From Chlorokybus atmophyticus (taxonomy: Eukaryota; Plantae; Mesostigma and Chlorokybus algae): DNA of 64,000 nucleotides. Where the stretch lies: positions 62,001-126,000 of the forward strand of contig RHPI01001737.1 in assembly GCA_009103225.1 (NCBI GenBank), read 5' to 3'. How positions within the stretch are numbered: the first letter of the stretch is position 1; each line of letters begins with the position of its first letter. Under the pieces are notes generated by a model. It had not been told where the DNA came from. It saw nothing but the letters and a program-made list of their open reading frames with translations, and did not search any database. Both the position numbers and the translations under genes were made by a program. Positions 50,497 to 63,215 of this stretch are shown here, piece by piece.

Positions 50497-51738
50497 CTAG
50501 CCACTACCCACTAATGGGTACATTATCACCATGGATGGCTCCGCCGCCGCCACTTTCTCCTCCTCTCCCGCCGCCAGCAATGCCGCGGCCGCTGTCAGCA
50601 ATGCCACAAAGTAGAATTGCTGATATCAGAGCGTCAGGAGGAGCTTGGTATTAGTAACTTACTATTGATATCCGAGCCTTAAGAAGCTCGATATCAGTAA
50701 CACACAACTGTTATTAAACATGGTTAGGTTAGGGACTTATTACGTCCCATATACTGACCGATCGATAGACACGCTGAGCGTCTCAGCCACACATAGCACA
50801 CCGTCTCCAGAAACGTTTTGGAGGTAAGCATACGGTACGACCTCTAGCGTTTAAACGTCGCCATAACCACTAAGCCACGAGTGCACGTACCGGTAGGGAT
50901 GTTAAATCATATATTTTGCAACGTGCCGACGACCGCTGACGATTGCCGATTAATATGCCCATAAGCTGAGCCCTTGCAGTGCATGCTATAAACATGCATA
51001 GGTTGTATTAGTATCACTATATGGAAAATCAATATTGGATGGACATCAATGGACATCCGCAACTCGGCGGCTTTCAGGGTAATTGAAATACACAATTTAT
51101 CGGGGGGGCTGTCCAGATGTGCCGGTGATCTTATTAGGAGCTGTCAAGACAGCCTGTTTTTACGAATAAAAACATGTATATGTCTATATGCATATATATG
51201 TATATGTGCATACATTTATGTGTATAGATATACATGTACACATACATATACATTATCCGGTGATGCGCGCGTCGAAAGGATCATATGAATTACAATACAA
51301 ATAATGAGATAGATTTCATGACGTATACATACATCAATGTATGTCACAAGAACATGTCTATAATATTCGCAACTTCGTGCACATGCAGTTATGATTTTCA
51401 TGATAACTGCACAGATAGCCCCTTACAGCTTATTAATAAATGACTGACAGCCCTGGCTGTCAATTAGCCGCCGACTGTTTGCGGCTGTCCACATGTCGGT
51501 GAGCATTTTCCGACAGTCGGGGCGGAAGTTAACATGGACCAGCAAGTCACTGGTCCGTGCCGCACCATGTGTGGTACCCAACAGACCGGGTACGGTACGC
51601 GACAACAACCGCAAGGCCGCGACCTTACCTGGTCCGCATCTAAGAACCAGTGTGGCTGACTGGTCCGTGCCCCGAACGTGCCAGGAACGATCCGTCGCCC
51701 GGACCTGGCAGTCCTGGCCCGGGGTCCGTGACAGGATA

Positions 51739-52208
51739 GAGTCTACCCCCGCTAAGAGACTTCGTTTCAAGGGAATAACTCCGCTAATAGCATAGAATAT
51801 GAGATGACCAAACGTTTTACAGGCAAATATGGGTGCCTAAGAGAATATGCTTAACCGCGAAGAGCATATTTTTATGTCATGTAATTCTCGCAAATTTTAG
51901 TGAGCGATATTCCAAGGTCGGGGGAGTAGTGCGTGACGGGTGTAGCATAACGCGTGACGCGCGTGATGAATATGGCGTGATGGTTGAGGTGTGACGCGCA
52001 ACTAACGTGACGAGCGTGATGACGCGACGGGCGTGGCATTTTACGCTTGATGCAATGGGCGTGATCGGCGTGATGAAATCGCGCTTGAAGCATATTTATG
52101 CTCTTAACACCCAAGAGCATAATATGCTCTTGGACGTCAAGAGAGTAACCCCGCCAAGAGCATAAGATAGCGGAGGATAAACAGTATGCTCTTAAAGGGG
52201 GTAGACTG
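51739..52208. mobile_element. pogo-family MITE, 470 bp
   Basis: TA|gagtctacccccgctaag ... cttaaagggggtagactg|TA (TIRs match at 15/18); internal GAGCATA/TATGCTC array; no ORF. Confidence 0.8.
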
Positions 52209-53280
52209 TATCTGGTTTCGAATGTCAAACCATGTTCACGAAGTGCCAGTGCACGCCTAGAGTGCCGCTATAGGAATGCATGCACGGGCAGGACATGTGT
52301 GCGACTTCTTTATGTGCGGCGTATTAAAATATGCGCTGTATATACCCTTGTAATGCACGTCATGCTGTCGTGTGGCTTGGAGAATTGAAAGGCAGTTGTT
52401 TCCTGGTATCCTGGAAGTCCTCGTCGATTGCAAAATCATGAAGCCTTGCAATTTGTGATTATTTCAGCCAACATTGCGACTACTGTGCTACTGTGCATGT
52501 GTGCCAGACATCAGTACTAATTGATCTACTCACAGTCAGCACACGCGGTTATGCTTAAGCCCCCATGCAATTTCGTTGAGGCGTTGTCAATTGCACAATT
52601 CACTCATAATGTATGATACAGCTAATACCACATGTGACGTATCCAGTTGCATTGCTTGCTCAATTCTGGATTAGACAATCCTTGCTGTCTTCCGCAGATG
52701 TAACGACTGCCTGCCCATAACCACCCATTGATACAACTTGTACATCAAGTGCCGTTAGCATCGCCTTTCTCACATGTATGACAACATATGCATGATGTCT
52801 TAAATGTGCCGCATCCGTGTCCTAAGGTTGTGACTAACCGTGCAATTGTTGTTGTGCGGTTCTGCTGTTTCCTCCTGCAATAGTTGCATAAGTAGGTAAG
52901 GCAAAGCCACATGTGTGCTGAACGTGGCAGTTTGGTTGGATGCCACGTCACGTGGTAGCTTCATAAAGTAATGTACGCTTTTTATACTGTTATAATTGGG
53001 CTGTTTTATAACCTTGCAAGCATCCTCTTGATTTGATTGTCTATGGCTTTGCAATGAGCCTTTTGGTTTGCTTATCACTCGGAAGTACCACTAAGCAGGT
53101 ACAGCACAGTTGATGCAATGAGGGTGGTATTCCAGGTCATGAGGTGGTAGACGTGGTGTCACTTGAGTGCAGCAAGTCGAACATTGCAATCACGCTGAGT
53201 ACATTTGTGTGGCTATATATATAATCGGACATCCCCATTGTGGAATGTGCTGTATCCAGCAATACATTGATTTACACTAC

Positions 53281-53617
53281 TGTCATGCCAAATACCCTCG
53301 CATGCCAGTCCTCCTCGAGCATGCATACATCCAGCCCTGAGCCCGGGCTACCAGCATGAAGACCGCGCGCGCCCTAGCCTACTATAAGCTACCTCGTATT
53401 TCATGTAGCATGTAGCTAAGGCTACTCTACAGACCTTTCTGTAGGAACCGCGCATAGCGATGATCAGTTTGAAATCTATTATTAACTCTTGTGCTGTATC
53501 AAGTCCTAGGGGATTTTTGTAATAGCATATGGCCTCGATGTGACCGTTGCCTAGTGCCCGCGTGGCACTGCACAGTCAAGATTTAACATGTATAAATAGG
53601 AAGTCATGTCACTAGAC
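53281..53617 (+). repeat. 5' LTR, alignable part (true 3' end lies further right and was not determined)
   Basis: Begins TGTCATGCCAAATACC; aligns with 63666-64000; TATAAATA at ~53591. Confidence 0.9.
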
Positions 53618-54699
53618 TCGCTGGTGACACTCTGAGTGAGTACTAAGAGTAGAGACTCTAACTTCGAGAGCTTGTAAAGCGACTTGAACTAGAAGCGCAC
53701 CTTCCCGATTGCCAAGGACTGCCTTACCATGTGAGACACAGTGTATGCTCTTGTGCGTTGTGCTTGTTATTGCTGTGAGCTTGGTGGTGGTGTGTTTGCT
53801 GCATCAGTCAGAACATAGCATCTCTGAGTTGCTTGTTCATTCACCTCACTTAGTAGTGTAATACATCATCCACTCATGCAAAGAACTGTGTATACAGCAC
53901 AACTTATCGTAGTGGCTTGTTTACTCACAGTGTCACCCTCTTTGCTCAAGTGAGAGTGTCGCATTCTGCATCAGATAGTGCAGTCTGTACCTGGGGATAC
54001 ATGTCCGTGCATTCGTTATTATGGTCATCACATGCTGCGCACACAAGCAGTGGTGTGGTGATTGGTAGCAGCATCAAGACAGACAGCAGAGCACAAACAT
54101 TCTACCCTGCATACACTTTCACCTGTGGACTAGCTGTATGAGCAGGCCCACCTCCTTCTGTTGAATAGACGAGGGTGACCTCAGCAGCTGGAGCCCAACC
54201 TCCAATGTCCCCTACGAGCGGACTAGCGACGGGAGCAGCGATTGCAGCAGCAGAGGCTCGCATTCTGTCTCCGGCTTCACTCCGTTCCGGTCTACTCCTC
54301 GCCATCGAGCTTCCCCACTATCGTCCGACAGCGACGACTACGAGATGGAGTCTTCCAGCTCAACAACATCCCTGCGCTTCTTCGATGTGCGGGCACCACC
54401 TCGCCGGACGAATTCATCATCGAGTTTCATTGAAAGATGCGACAGCAAGCGCTGAAGACCAAAGACTGGTCAGATGAGATTTCTTTCCACATTGCTGCTC
54501 GGTATCTAGACCATGACGCACACGATGTCTGAAAGTCTGTTGCTAAACTGCATTGAGTTGATGGCTATGGCGAGCTTGCCAGCACCATAGCATCTGCGTC
54601 ACTGCATAATCCAACACCCGTCGTCCCACCTGCCACTCCAGCTGCAGTCACCGGCTTGTCCATAGCTGCAGCCATTAACAGGGCAGACGAGGAGGAGCT

Positions 54700-56163
54700 T
54701 AATTACTTTTATAAATTGATAATCTCAACTTGACCCCGCAGAGATTGAGACCAAGACGATCGCACGACGGGCCCCAATCTTGGACCGGTCTGCTGCTCTC
54801 TTTAAAGAACATCGTGTTGCATCCGTTAAGGTGGGCACGCCTCTACCTCTGGCAACACCTGACTCTCGTGCGGGAGGCAGTGCTTTCACCCTCAGGTCAG
54901 TTGCACTGCGCGCACCAGCCATCACTATAGGTGCTGCCATCTCTGACTCCCCACTCAAGGACCTGGACACTGCACTTCGGCGCACCTTCCCACCTCAGAC
55001 TACTAGTAAAATGGAGGAGCTAAGACGGTTTTGATGCAAGCCCAGCAAGGACGCGCTACGCATGTACTTCATACTTGAAGGGCTGCTAAAGGACACCTCG
55101 TCACTGACTACAAGATCGTCAGTGACGAGGCTGCAGTGGTGTATGTCAATGAGTTGGATGCCACCCTGAGCGAGTCGGCGCGCCTGACCCTAAATTACAG
55201 CAGGCCCCTTGGCTACATAGTCAAGAAAGCTTTCGAGACTGCACAAGCCATCCACAAGCGCTTGGTGTATGAGAAGGCAGTGCTGGACACCAACCGCAGT
55301 GCCTCACGGTCTGTAGCCAGCACAACTACTGAGCCTCCTCACCGCGAACGTGGCCGGAGCGCTCCACCAGCATGCGACAAAGGGAAACGGTCAGCTCATA
55401 CTGCTTTGCCTGCCCCTAGGGGCACAGGCCTGTGCTGTATCATCGCTGTAGACGGCATGGGCACTACAAAAAGGAGTGCACCAAAGAGTACTCAACCCTG
55501 GTCTGTGACTGTCACAAGACGGGTCACTTGAAGTCAGTCTGCTGGCTTAAATCCCGTAAGTTGAGACCTGCCAACAGTTACAGCAACAACTACTCTGGTG
55601 GCTACAACAGCAACAACACTGGAGGCCACAACGGCAACAACTTTGGTAGCTACAACAGCAACAACACTGGAGGCCACAATGGCAACAACTCTGGTGGCTA
55701 CAATTGCAACCACACCAAAGGCCATAACAACAACAATTATGGCAACGCTCGCAAGGAAAAGCAAGGCTATAGGGGGAAGAATCGCCCTCCTCAGCGCAAG
55801 GGACTGGAAGGACGTCCACGCGCTGCTGCTGTTGCCATCAAGGCTTCAGCCAACCCGCCAGCTGATGACCATATTGCTGCCCTCATTGCGCGTATGGCAC
55901 GCTTGGAGGAAGAAAGGGAGCAGGACTATCGCGCCTGCTATTCTGCCCAATGGGCACGAGGGACACAAGCACTCCGTCACGCGTTCAACCATCCCGACGA
56001 GCACGAAGAGAAGCCGCAACATCGTCAGCAGCTACCTCCTTTAAAGCCACCAGTGGGGCTGCATCAGCAGCAACAGCCATACCGGCTACGACGTCGACTC
56101 CGTTACTATCAGCAGCAACTACTTCAGTTGCACAAGGAGTTGGTACATAAGTGGGCACTGTGA
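54700..56163 (+). pseudogene. gag: gag remnant with two degenerate CCHC zinc knuckles and an N/G/Y-rich repeat
   Basis: YHRCRRHGHYKKEC and CDCHKTGHLKSVC; 16-aa (48-bp) repeats like NNFGSYNSNNTGGHNG at 55580-55745; frameshifted. Confidence 0.75.
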
Positions 56164-57056
56164 CGCCAACACTGGTGAGCACAATGGCAACAGCCACTGC
56201 TGTCACCGATTCTGCAGCAGTTATTCGCACCGGTCCCGCTTCAGCTGCAGGACCACCTGTATTAGCGAGCGTTGAGACCACTCTTGCGCCATTGACCAGG
56301 ACTATTGCAACCATTGCCAGTATCATCGTCGAGTCCGCTGCCACTGCAGCGACACGCGCAGTTACGTTGCCCGCCCTCGACACCACTCAGGCTGGCCCGC
56401 GAGGTCAGCAAGCTGAGCTCGCATGGGAGACCATCATACGTGGAGCAGATCCCACTACCATTGCTTTTGGGCGAGGAGGAGAGCGCACCACGCGCATTGA
56501 ACGCAGTGATCACGTCTTCCCCTGCCTGTATATCACACCTTGCCAGAGCATACCCAGCGGCAACTAGAGGATAAAATCCTCGCCGGCACGGTGCCTTCCA
56601 TGCGAGACCGCGTCGTTGTGGTCAGAACACCTGTTGTGCTGAAGTTGGCCCTGCAGCTGTTCTGGATTTTCCATGCCAGCATGCAGACTGCGCCACGCCA
56701 GCCCGCAAAAGGCCGTCACGAGCCTCAAGGCCAAGATAGCTGAACACGTATTAAGAGCGGCAACCTAACGTGCAGCAACACATGAGTGATGCAGTTGACA
56801 TGCCTTTGTGTAGCGACAAAGCACTGAGACCCCTCAGTACTTTTCCGCTTCACGAGCGCTACACTGCTCTGGAACAAGCGTTCTCTTGGCGGCAGGACCA
56901 AACTGCAGCCATCAATGCACGAGCGCAAGCCCTTGCTGCTGCTATTGAGATGCGTTGACAAGCCTAAACATGCACATGTGTGCACACCACCCAACACCAA
57001 CGCCAAGAGGTTGCAACAACAAGACTAAGACCATGCATTGCCATCATGTCCGCGGG

Positions 57057-57381
57057 TGTTATACCCGCTAGGAATACACCTATCTACTCTAAAAGCCACC
57101 ACGTTCGCTACACTTACTTAAATGCTGCGTTTTAAAAAGCATCTTGTATCTACTTTCAAGGGCTATTTACCAAGCTCTAGAACGCCCAAATCGGTGCAGT
57201 AACCACCGAGTTATGACGATTCTTGTGCCTAAAAGTCGCCAGACTCCGGACTCGAGTCCGCGCCTGGAACCTTCAGGCGCCCAGCACTTTCGACTTGAGT
57301 CCTCGCCTAGAGCCTTCTTGCGGACATTCCTATTCAGAGGGCAAGCTGACCGTCCGCCTAAATGTAGGAATATCTCCAACA
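57057..57381. mobile_element. Probable solo LTR of another family nested in the Gypsy element
   Basis: TGTTA...CAACA termini; AT-richer than the flanks; degenerate 5-bp TSD gcggg/gctgc; removal joins AIMS|AACASVPQP in frame. Confidence 0.5.
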
Positions 57382-58487
57382 GCTGCTTGCGCTTCCGTTC
57401 CTCAACCAGCAATCGCTGGCCCATCGTACAACACGACACCTCTCGCCATTGAGCCCGACATTGACCTGGCGAGAGCGGTGGCCCAACAAACCAGGGGGTG
57501 ATTGCCCCGCTGCTACCCGCCTTGGTGGAAGATTTGCCTGACGATTAACGAGATCCAGGGAGAGGCTACCTTACACCACAAGGGTGTACACAATGGGATG
57601 GAGCAGGCTCAGTTGGAGAACAGCAAGGTCGCACTGCCCTGTTGCAACAAGCAACCATGCTACATCGACAAGAAGGCATCGGCCTGAGTCAGATGATGGG
57701 GATGCGAGAAGGTGGCAATGCTGCGCGAGCGAGACTAGTGACTTAGCTAGTCGCCAATCACCCCGCAGTCCATTTGTTCGCAATCGGCACATGATTGTTA
57801 TGGTTGGACGCCTTCCTTCGCTCGCTATGGCAAGCCTATGACAAGGTGGCCTCATCAGCCGCTGACGCCTTGGGAAGAGCTCAAGAGGCCATACTGAGGT
57901 TGCCAGGAGTGGAAGTAGGGGTGGTCAACGGCAGGTGGGATGCCTACATGGCAGGGATCCCAAGGGTTTTCACCATCACCCGCGACATAAGAGCGCGGCT
58001 CTTGCGCGCAGTATATCTTCAGCCCATGCCTCAGAACCATCGCTGAAGTGACGTGGTCAACAATCCAACAGCCACATGGGAAGGTACACTGGTTTTGGAG
58101 GCGGCTCATGCTTTACGCTGGACTTATGTGGAAGAGCAGGCTGCACGGGAGGCGGGCCTACAAACACCCGGTCCTTCAGGGTTTCCCCCACAGCCACTAG
58201 CTATGCTGCCAGGTATGACCCCCGCCACACAGAGGCGCAATCCCCCTGCGCCTCAACCAGGGCAGCCACAGGCAGCACCGCCAGCACCTAGGCCGCAGCG
58301 GGTATACCAACAGCCAAGACAAGGACGGCTCGAGCCAGGCCACGGACAAGGAGGTTCTCAAGACCTAGCCGGTCGAGGGGCGCTTGCCTTGCTGCGCTCG
58401 ACGGCACCGGAGGAGACTGCAGCAACAGTCACCCCACGCTAACGCTACCGACGGTTCAAGCGGCTGCGCATCAACGCCAATGCAGCC

Positions 58488-59123
58488 ATGATTGCCAACA
58501 AAGGCAAGAATGTTACCATCAACAGGCGAGCACCCAAGCGCGTGATGCTAGACTCTAGAGCCCAGCCTATCACCATTGGGCGCTACCTCGCACGCAACCT
58601 CGGCATTACAAGCGCTGAGCTAATGCCATGTCCATACGTGTTCGATACAGCAACCAGCAACCGCAATAAAGTGATTGGCATCACCAAGCAGGCCCTCTGC
58701 ATTTGCTTGAAAGGGCTGGACCCTTCCCACAACACCGTAATATTACCGAAGTGTGTGGTCACCTACGCGGGATCCCTCGACCTGCTGCTGGGACAGGACT
58801 TCAACTTTTCTGTTGGCATGGGGCTGGACTGCTGGACAGAGAAGGCATGGTTTCGTCCCCATTGGGATGAGGAGGATGGAGAGGTGCAAGGATACCTGCC
58901 TCTTAAGCTGGTGGCTCGCACGCGCTCTCACCAAAAGTCAGCTGCAATAGCCACCTATGGGTCGGCTTTGACAACCACTGACAGGTTAGCAGCGATAGTC
59001 CACAACCCAAACCAGGGCTCTCCTATCCCATATGAGGTCCAGGAGGATGCTATTATAAATTGGCCCAACAGAAACCATCTAAACGCCGTTGACGTGCAGA
59101 AGGGGTCGCACACTTTTTACTGA
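58488..59123 (+). pseudogene. Retroviral-type aspartic protease region
   Basis: VMLDSRAQPITIG (DSG-like active site, G>R); DLLLGQDF. Confidence 0.8.
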
Positions 59124-59229
59124 CCAGACCACAGCTCACTGCACGGTTCTCTCTCTACAAGGACCAAGCTGCAGTTCAGGAGCAATACCAGGTGGCCACT
59201 GGAGTAGTGGAGTTCCACGTGTTCCGCCG

Positions 59230-60125
59230 ACAACAAGGCGTCACCATGTTGGAATTGTTTGGAGGTATAGGTAGTGGCCTTGCCGCTGTCCTCAACACCG
59301 ACGCGACGGTCACCAAGTACCTCTACTGTGACCCTGATCCACACGCACAAATTGCCCTAAGCCACAATTTGCGCCACCTACATGAGTGCTACCCGCAGCA
59401 GCTGCCACTATCAGCATTGCAAGGCCGTCTAAAGGCACTGCTACAGAACATCCGTTTAATCACTGCGGATCACCTCCTGGCGGTGGGCAACATCCACTTG
59501 CTGATAGCAGGATGGGAGTGTTAAAGACACTCCAGAGCAAGCAGAGGCCAAGGACCATCCGATCCTCGCTCGCAACTGATCTGAGACCTGATGCGCGTTA
59601 TTAAACTCTTGCAGCGCAACCACATTTCCAGGCCTCTGGGGTACATTATCAGAAATCGAGGATGTGCATTCCCAGGACGATAAGCGTCATCACGCGCCAA
59701 CAGCTTTCGATAGGTGTGTTCCTTGCTGGGGCATTCTCTCAACAGCGCAGCGCGTCATGGATCCCGTGCTCATCGCGTCTGCGCCAAGTGGACCAACCTG
59801 GCCACAGTTGAGGATCTCTTTGCTGCTGAATATCTGCACAGCAGCTGTCCACGCAATCTCACCGCTGACGCTATTTTTGACCCTAGGCGCATAGCACAAC
59901 CGGTCACATGACACGATCACCAGCACTTCTACTAGTGCAACCAGCCTAATGTTGGATTTCAATACAGGTTGGCTGGAGGAACCCAACGCTCGTGAGCGTG
60001 AACGCGCCATCGGATTCTCTTCAAGCAATATTACAAGTTCCATGCTGACCAATAGTCAACAGTGTCAGTTGTTGGGGCGCGCCATGGATAAGATTAGCAC
60101 GGTGTGGTTGTTGGAGAAATGCTTT
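59230..60125 (+). pseudogene. DNMT3-like C5 cytosine methyltransferase domain embedded in pol
   Basis: Motif I MLELFGGIGSG; motif IV LLIAGWEC*(Q)...SDPRS; motif VI IEDV (ENV-like); motif VIII AARHGSRAHRVCAKWTNL; motifs IX-X ERERAIGFS...QQCQLLGRAMD; spread over three frames by decay. Confidence 0.9.
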
Positions 60126-60399
60126 GCTCTCCAGGACCGCCATGTGTCCTTCCACGAGCTCGAACACCTGGCGGGGGGTGGGCTGATCGCATTGAAAAGA
60201 CCAAAGCAGCACACACCGCCCACGCCATCGCCCACATGGAAGAGCAGGCAGCAGTCACTGTGGAGGACATTCCAGTGATTGCCAATGCTACCTCCTTGTC
60301 CCATGCCATAGGACCGCTGGCTACTGGCCACACATGAGAACAACTCGAGGCTCTCCTCAACAAGTGCAGGAGCCAGTTCACCTTTAGCGTGAAGGAGCT

Positions 60400-61740
60400 G
60401 GGCAGCTGCTCAGTTTACCAGATGAACATCGAGTTGGTGGGGACACCGAACCGGTGTTCCGACGACAGTACAGACTTTCTAAGGTGGAAGAAGACTTGGT
60501 AAAGCAGGCCTGGTCGAGGATTCCACATCGGACTTTGTGGCCGCAACCGTTATGCCCCTGAAAAAAAATTCAGCAGGCAACTGCACAGATTGGCGTATGT
60601 GCGGTGACTACCGCCCTCCCAACAACAAGACCAAGCAAGACAAGTATCCAATGCCTACTGCAGAAGGTATGCTTGATGATGTAGGAGACTGTACAGTCTT
60701 CAGTATCCTGGACATGCGCCAAGGGTACAACTAAATAGCCATCAAGGAGGAGGACAAGCACAAGAGCTCCTTCTGGGGCAACCGGCAGCTGTACCAGTAT
60801 AAGGTCATGCCCTTCGGACTGAAGAATGCTCCTGCCAAGTTCCAGCGCGTAATGGACAAGCCCTCAAGGGATTGGACTTTGCACGCTGCTACATCGACGT
60901 CAGCCTCATACTTAGTCGCAGCAAGAGGAGCATATCAAGTACATCAAGGAGGTGCTACAGAGACTGAAGGAAGTAGGGATGACGGTGCACCCCGACAAGT
61001 GCACTTTCTTTACTCAAAAGGGTAACTTACCTAGGGCACATGATTGTGCCCCACGGTGTGTATGTACAGCACGCCAAGGTGGAGGCACTGGTGGCCATCC
61101 TTGCCCCCACAGTCTCACGCGACTGCTTGCTTTTCTCGGCCTTGCCAACTACTACAGACGGTTCGTCAAGGACTTTGCGCAGATCGCGCGGCCACTCAAC
61201 GAGCTGATAACGAAGGACACGGAGTTCCTGTGGAAGGAGGCACAATAAGACGCCTTCAAGGAGCTGAAGCTCCAACTCACCACAGCTCACATCCTTCAGC
61301 GACCTGAATACAACAGGTCATTCATCCTGCACGCAGATTGGAGCAAGCTTAGCATGGGAGCAGTGCTCAAGCAGCACGATGACAACAAGAAGGAGCGTAT
61401 TGTCTTATGCCAGCCGCAGCAACAACAGCGCTGAGGCCAACCACAGCAGCTACGAGGGGGAGTATCTCGCCGCAGTATGGGCCATCTCCTTCTTCCGCCC
61501 CTTTCTATTTGGACGGCAACTCCAACGGATCATCGACCACCAACCACTGAAGTGGCTGATGACAACCAGCATCTGACAGGCAAGCTGGCACAGTGGGCAT
61601 TACTGCTGCAGGATTATAACTTTGACGTGGAGCATTGGGCAGGCCTGTCCAAGACGCAAACGGCCTTAGTCGCAACCCCCACCTCAGCTTCAGCGATGCG
61701 ACAAGAGCCCGACACGAGTAAGGTCTTGCAGCCACACTTC
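60400..61740 (+). pseudogene. pol: Reverse transcriptase and RNase H
   Basis: WRMCGDYRP..N..TKQDKYPMP; ILDMRQGYN*I; MPFGLKNAPAKFQR; ARCYIDV; FLGLANYYRRFVKDFAQIARPL; FILHADWS...GAVL; YASRS...EGEYLAAVWAI; DHQPLKWL. Confidence 0.93.
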
Positions 61741-62129
61741 TAGGTGAAACGGCCATGTTCGCTGTCGCTGCGCTGCGTGAAAGACGCTAGGCTCAAGCCA
61801 CTGAGGCAGCAACAGACGAGGACGTGCCTTCTTTCGGGCCCACCGTCACCGTCACCGATCCCTTATTAGAGGAAGCGCTCGCCGCCGACCCTGAGGTGGA
61901 CGATGAGGAGTTAGCACCCACCGACACGTGTCAGGACATCTAACTCAACAAGCCATCCCTTGCACTGCTCCGAATTGGACAATTTTCAGTAGGCATGAGC
62001 GCGCGCGAGAAGGACCGCGTTAATCAGCGCACTCACCACTATCGCTGGGCCGACGACAAGCTGTATCGACGGATACAAAATGAGGACAAGGAGGTCCCAA
62101 TACTAGCTGCGCAAGAAAGCATCATCGCT

Positions 62130-63200
62130 GCCCTTCACACCGAGCACGAACACTGAGTGTCAAGCGCACGGCCAATCTAGTCAGGACTCGATACAGGTGG
62201 TATGGGGTGCGTGAGTTTGTCAGCGACTGCCAGCAGTTTGACATGGTTCGCGCGAGCCTCAACACGCGCAACGCCACCTTGCATCCCCTCTCCATCTCGG
62301 GTGCTGTTCTACCGCTGGGGACTGAACGTTGTCGGGGACTTATCACCCTCAGCACGAGGCAACCGCTACATCCTCATCATGATCGAGCACTTCTCCAAGT
62401 GGGTGGAGCTGGTGCCCCTGCCCGACAAGAGCAGCGAGGGAGTAGCCCAGGCTTTCCTCTCCCATGTACTCGGAAGCTTCGACAGCTGTGCTGAAGTCAT
62501 CACCGACCAAGGTATGGAGTTCAGAGGAGCCTTCGACAAGCTCATGGACAGATGCTTTATCGACCATCGCCATACTTCACGCGACCATCCACAAGCCAAT
62601 AGTCTCGCTGAGCGTACCGTGCAGATCATCAAGAAGGCTCTGCGCAAGTACGTCCTCGACTACGAGAAGTGCACATGGGATGACCACCTCCCATGGGTAG
62701 CTCCTGGATATCGCCTGTCGAAGCCGACAACACTGCTAGAGTACAGTCCATACTTTTTGCTGTTTGGAAGGCAGCCATTGGTCCCTTTCCGCGCACAGCA
62801 GGAGGTCGACAGAGTGTTAAGTAATTTTAACAACCCCGACAAGATGCTATATGTTTTAACAGTGCGCAGCACGCTGTTCGAGCACGCTGTCCCCATGGTC
62901 TTCAACAAAGCATTGCTCAGCACCGCAACACGCTTCACTACGAGCGTGTGCGCAGCGGTTTCTACAAGGAGCAAGAATGCTGCTTCCAGCCAAGAGACTT
63001 CGTCTTCCGCATGGCGACCACACACGACACCCTCGACACCTCTGTTGGGCGCTGTCTATAAGGTATTGAAGGTGTATCTTACAAAGGTACTAGACCTTCT
63101 GGGACAACAAGGCGAGCGCATGAAGGACAACATGGTGAACTGCGCGCCCTGCTATCTTCCCCACACTGCTGGCTTCGGCAAGATCCAGCACCCGCGACCA
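62130..63200 (+). pseudogene. Integrase (HHCC remnant + DDE core)
   Basis: WGLNVVGDL; LIMIEHFSKWVELVPL; VITDQGMEF; HPQANSLAERTV; YSPYFLLFGR. Confidence 0.92.
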
Positions 63201-63215
63201 CTGCGAAGCACCCGC

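Noticed and set aside
50894-51455. hAT-like MITE (TAGGGATG...CAGCCCTG)
   Set aside because: The TIR match is poor and the flanking 8-mers (cgtaccgg / gctgtcaa) are not a TSD.
52700-53280. Cys-rich remnant (CHTC...INGVVMG) reminiscent of KDZ-associated CxC domains
   Set aside because: Too fragmented by stops and frameshifts to support a call without an HMM search.
54000-54130. PBS and 3' end of the large Gypsy 5' LTR (tggtagcagc candidate at ~54063)
   Set aside because: Not preceded by CA, and the 3' LTR is truncated by the window, so the boundary cannot be verified.
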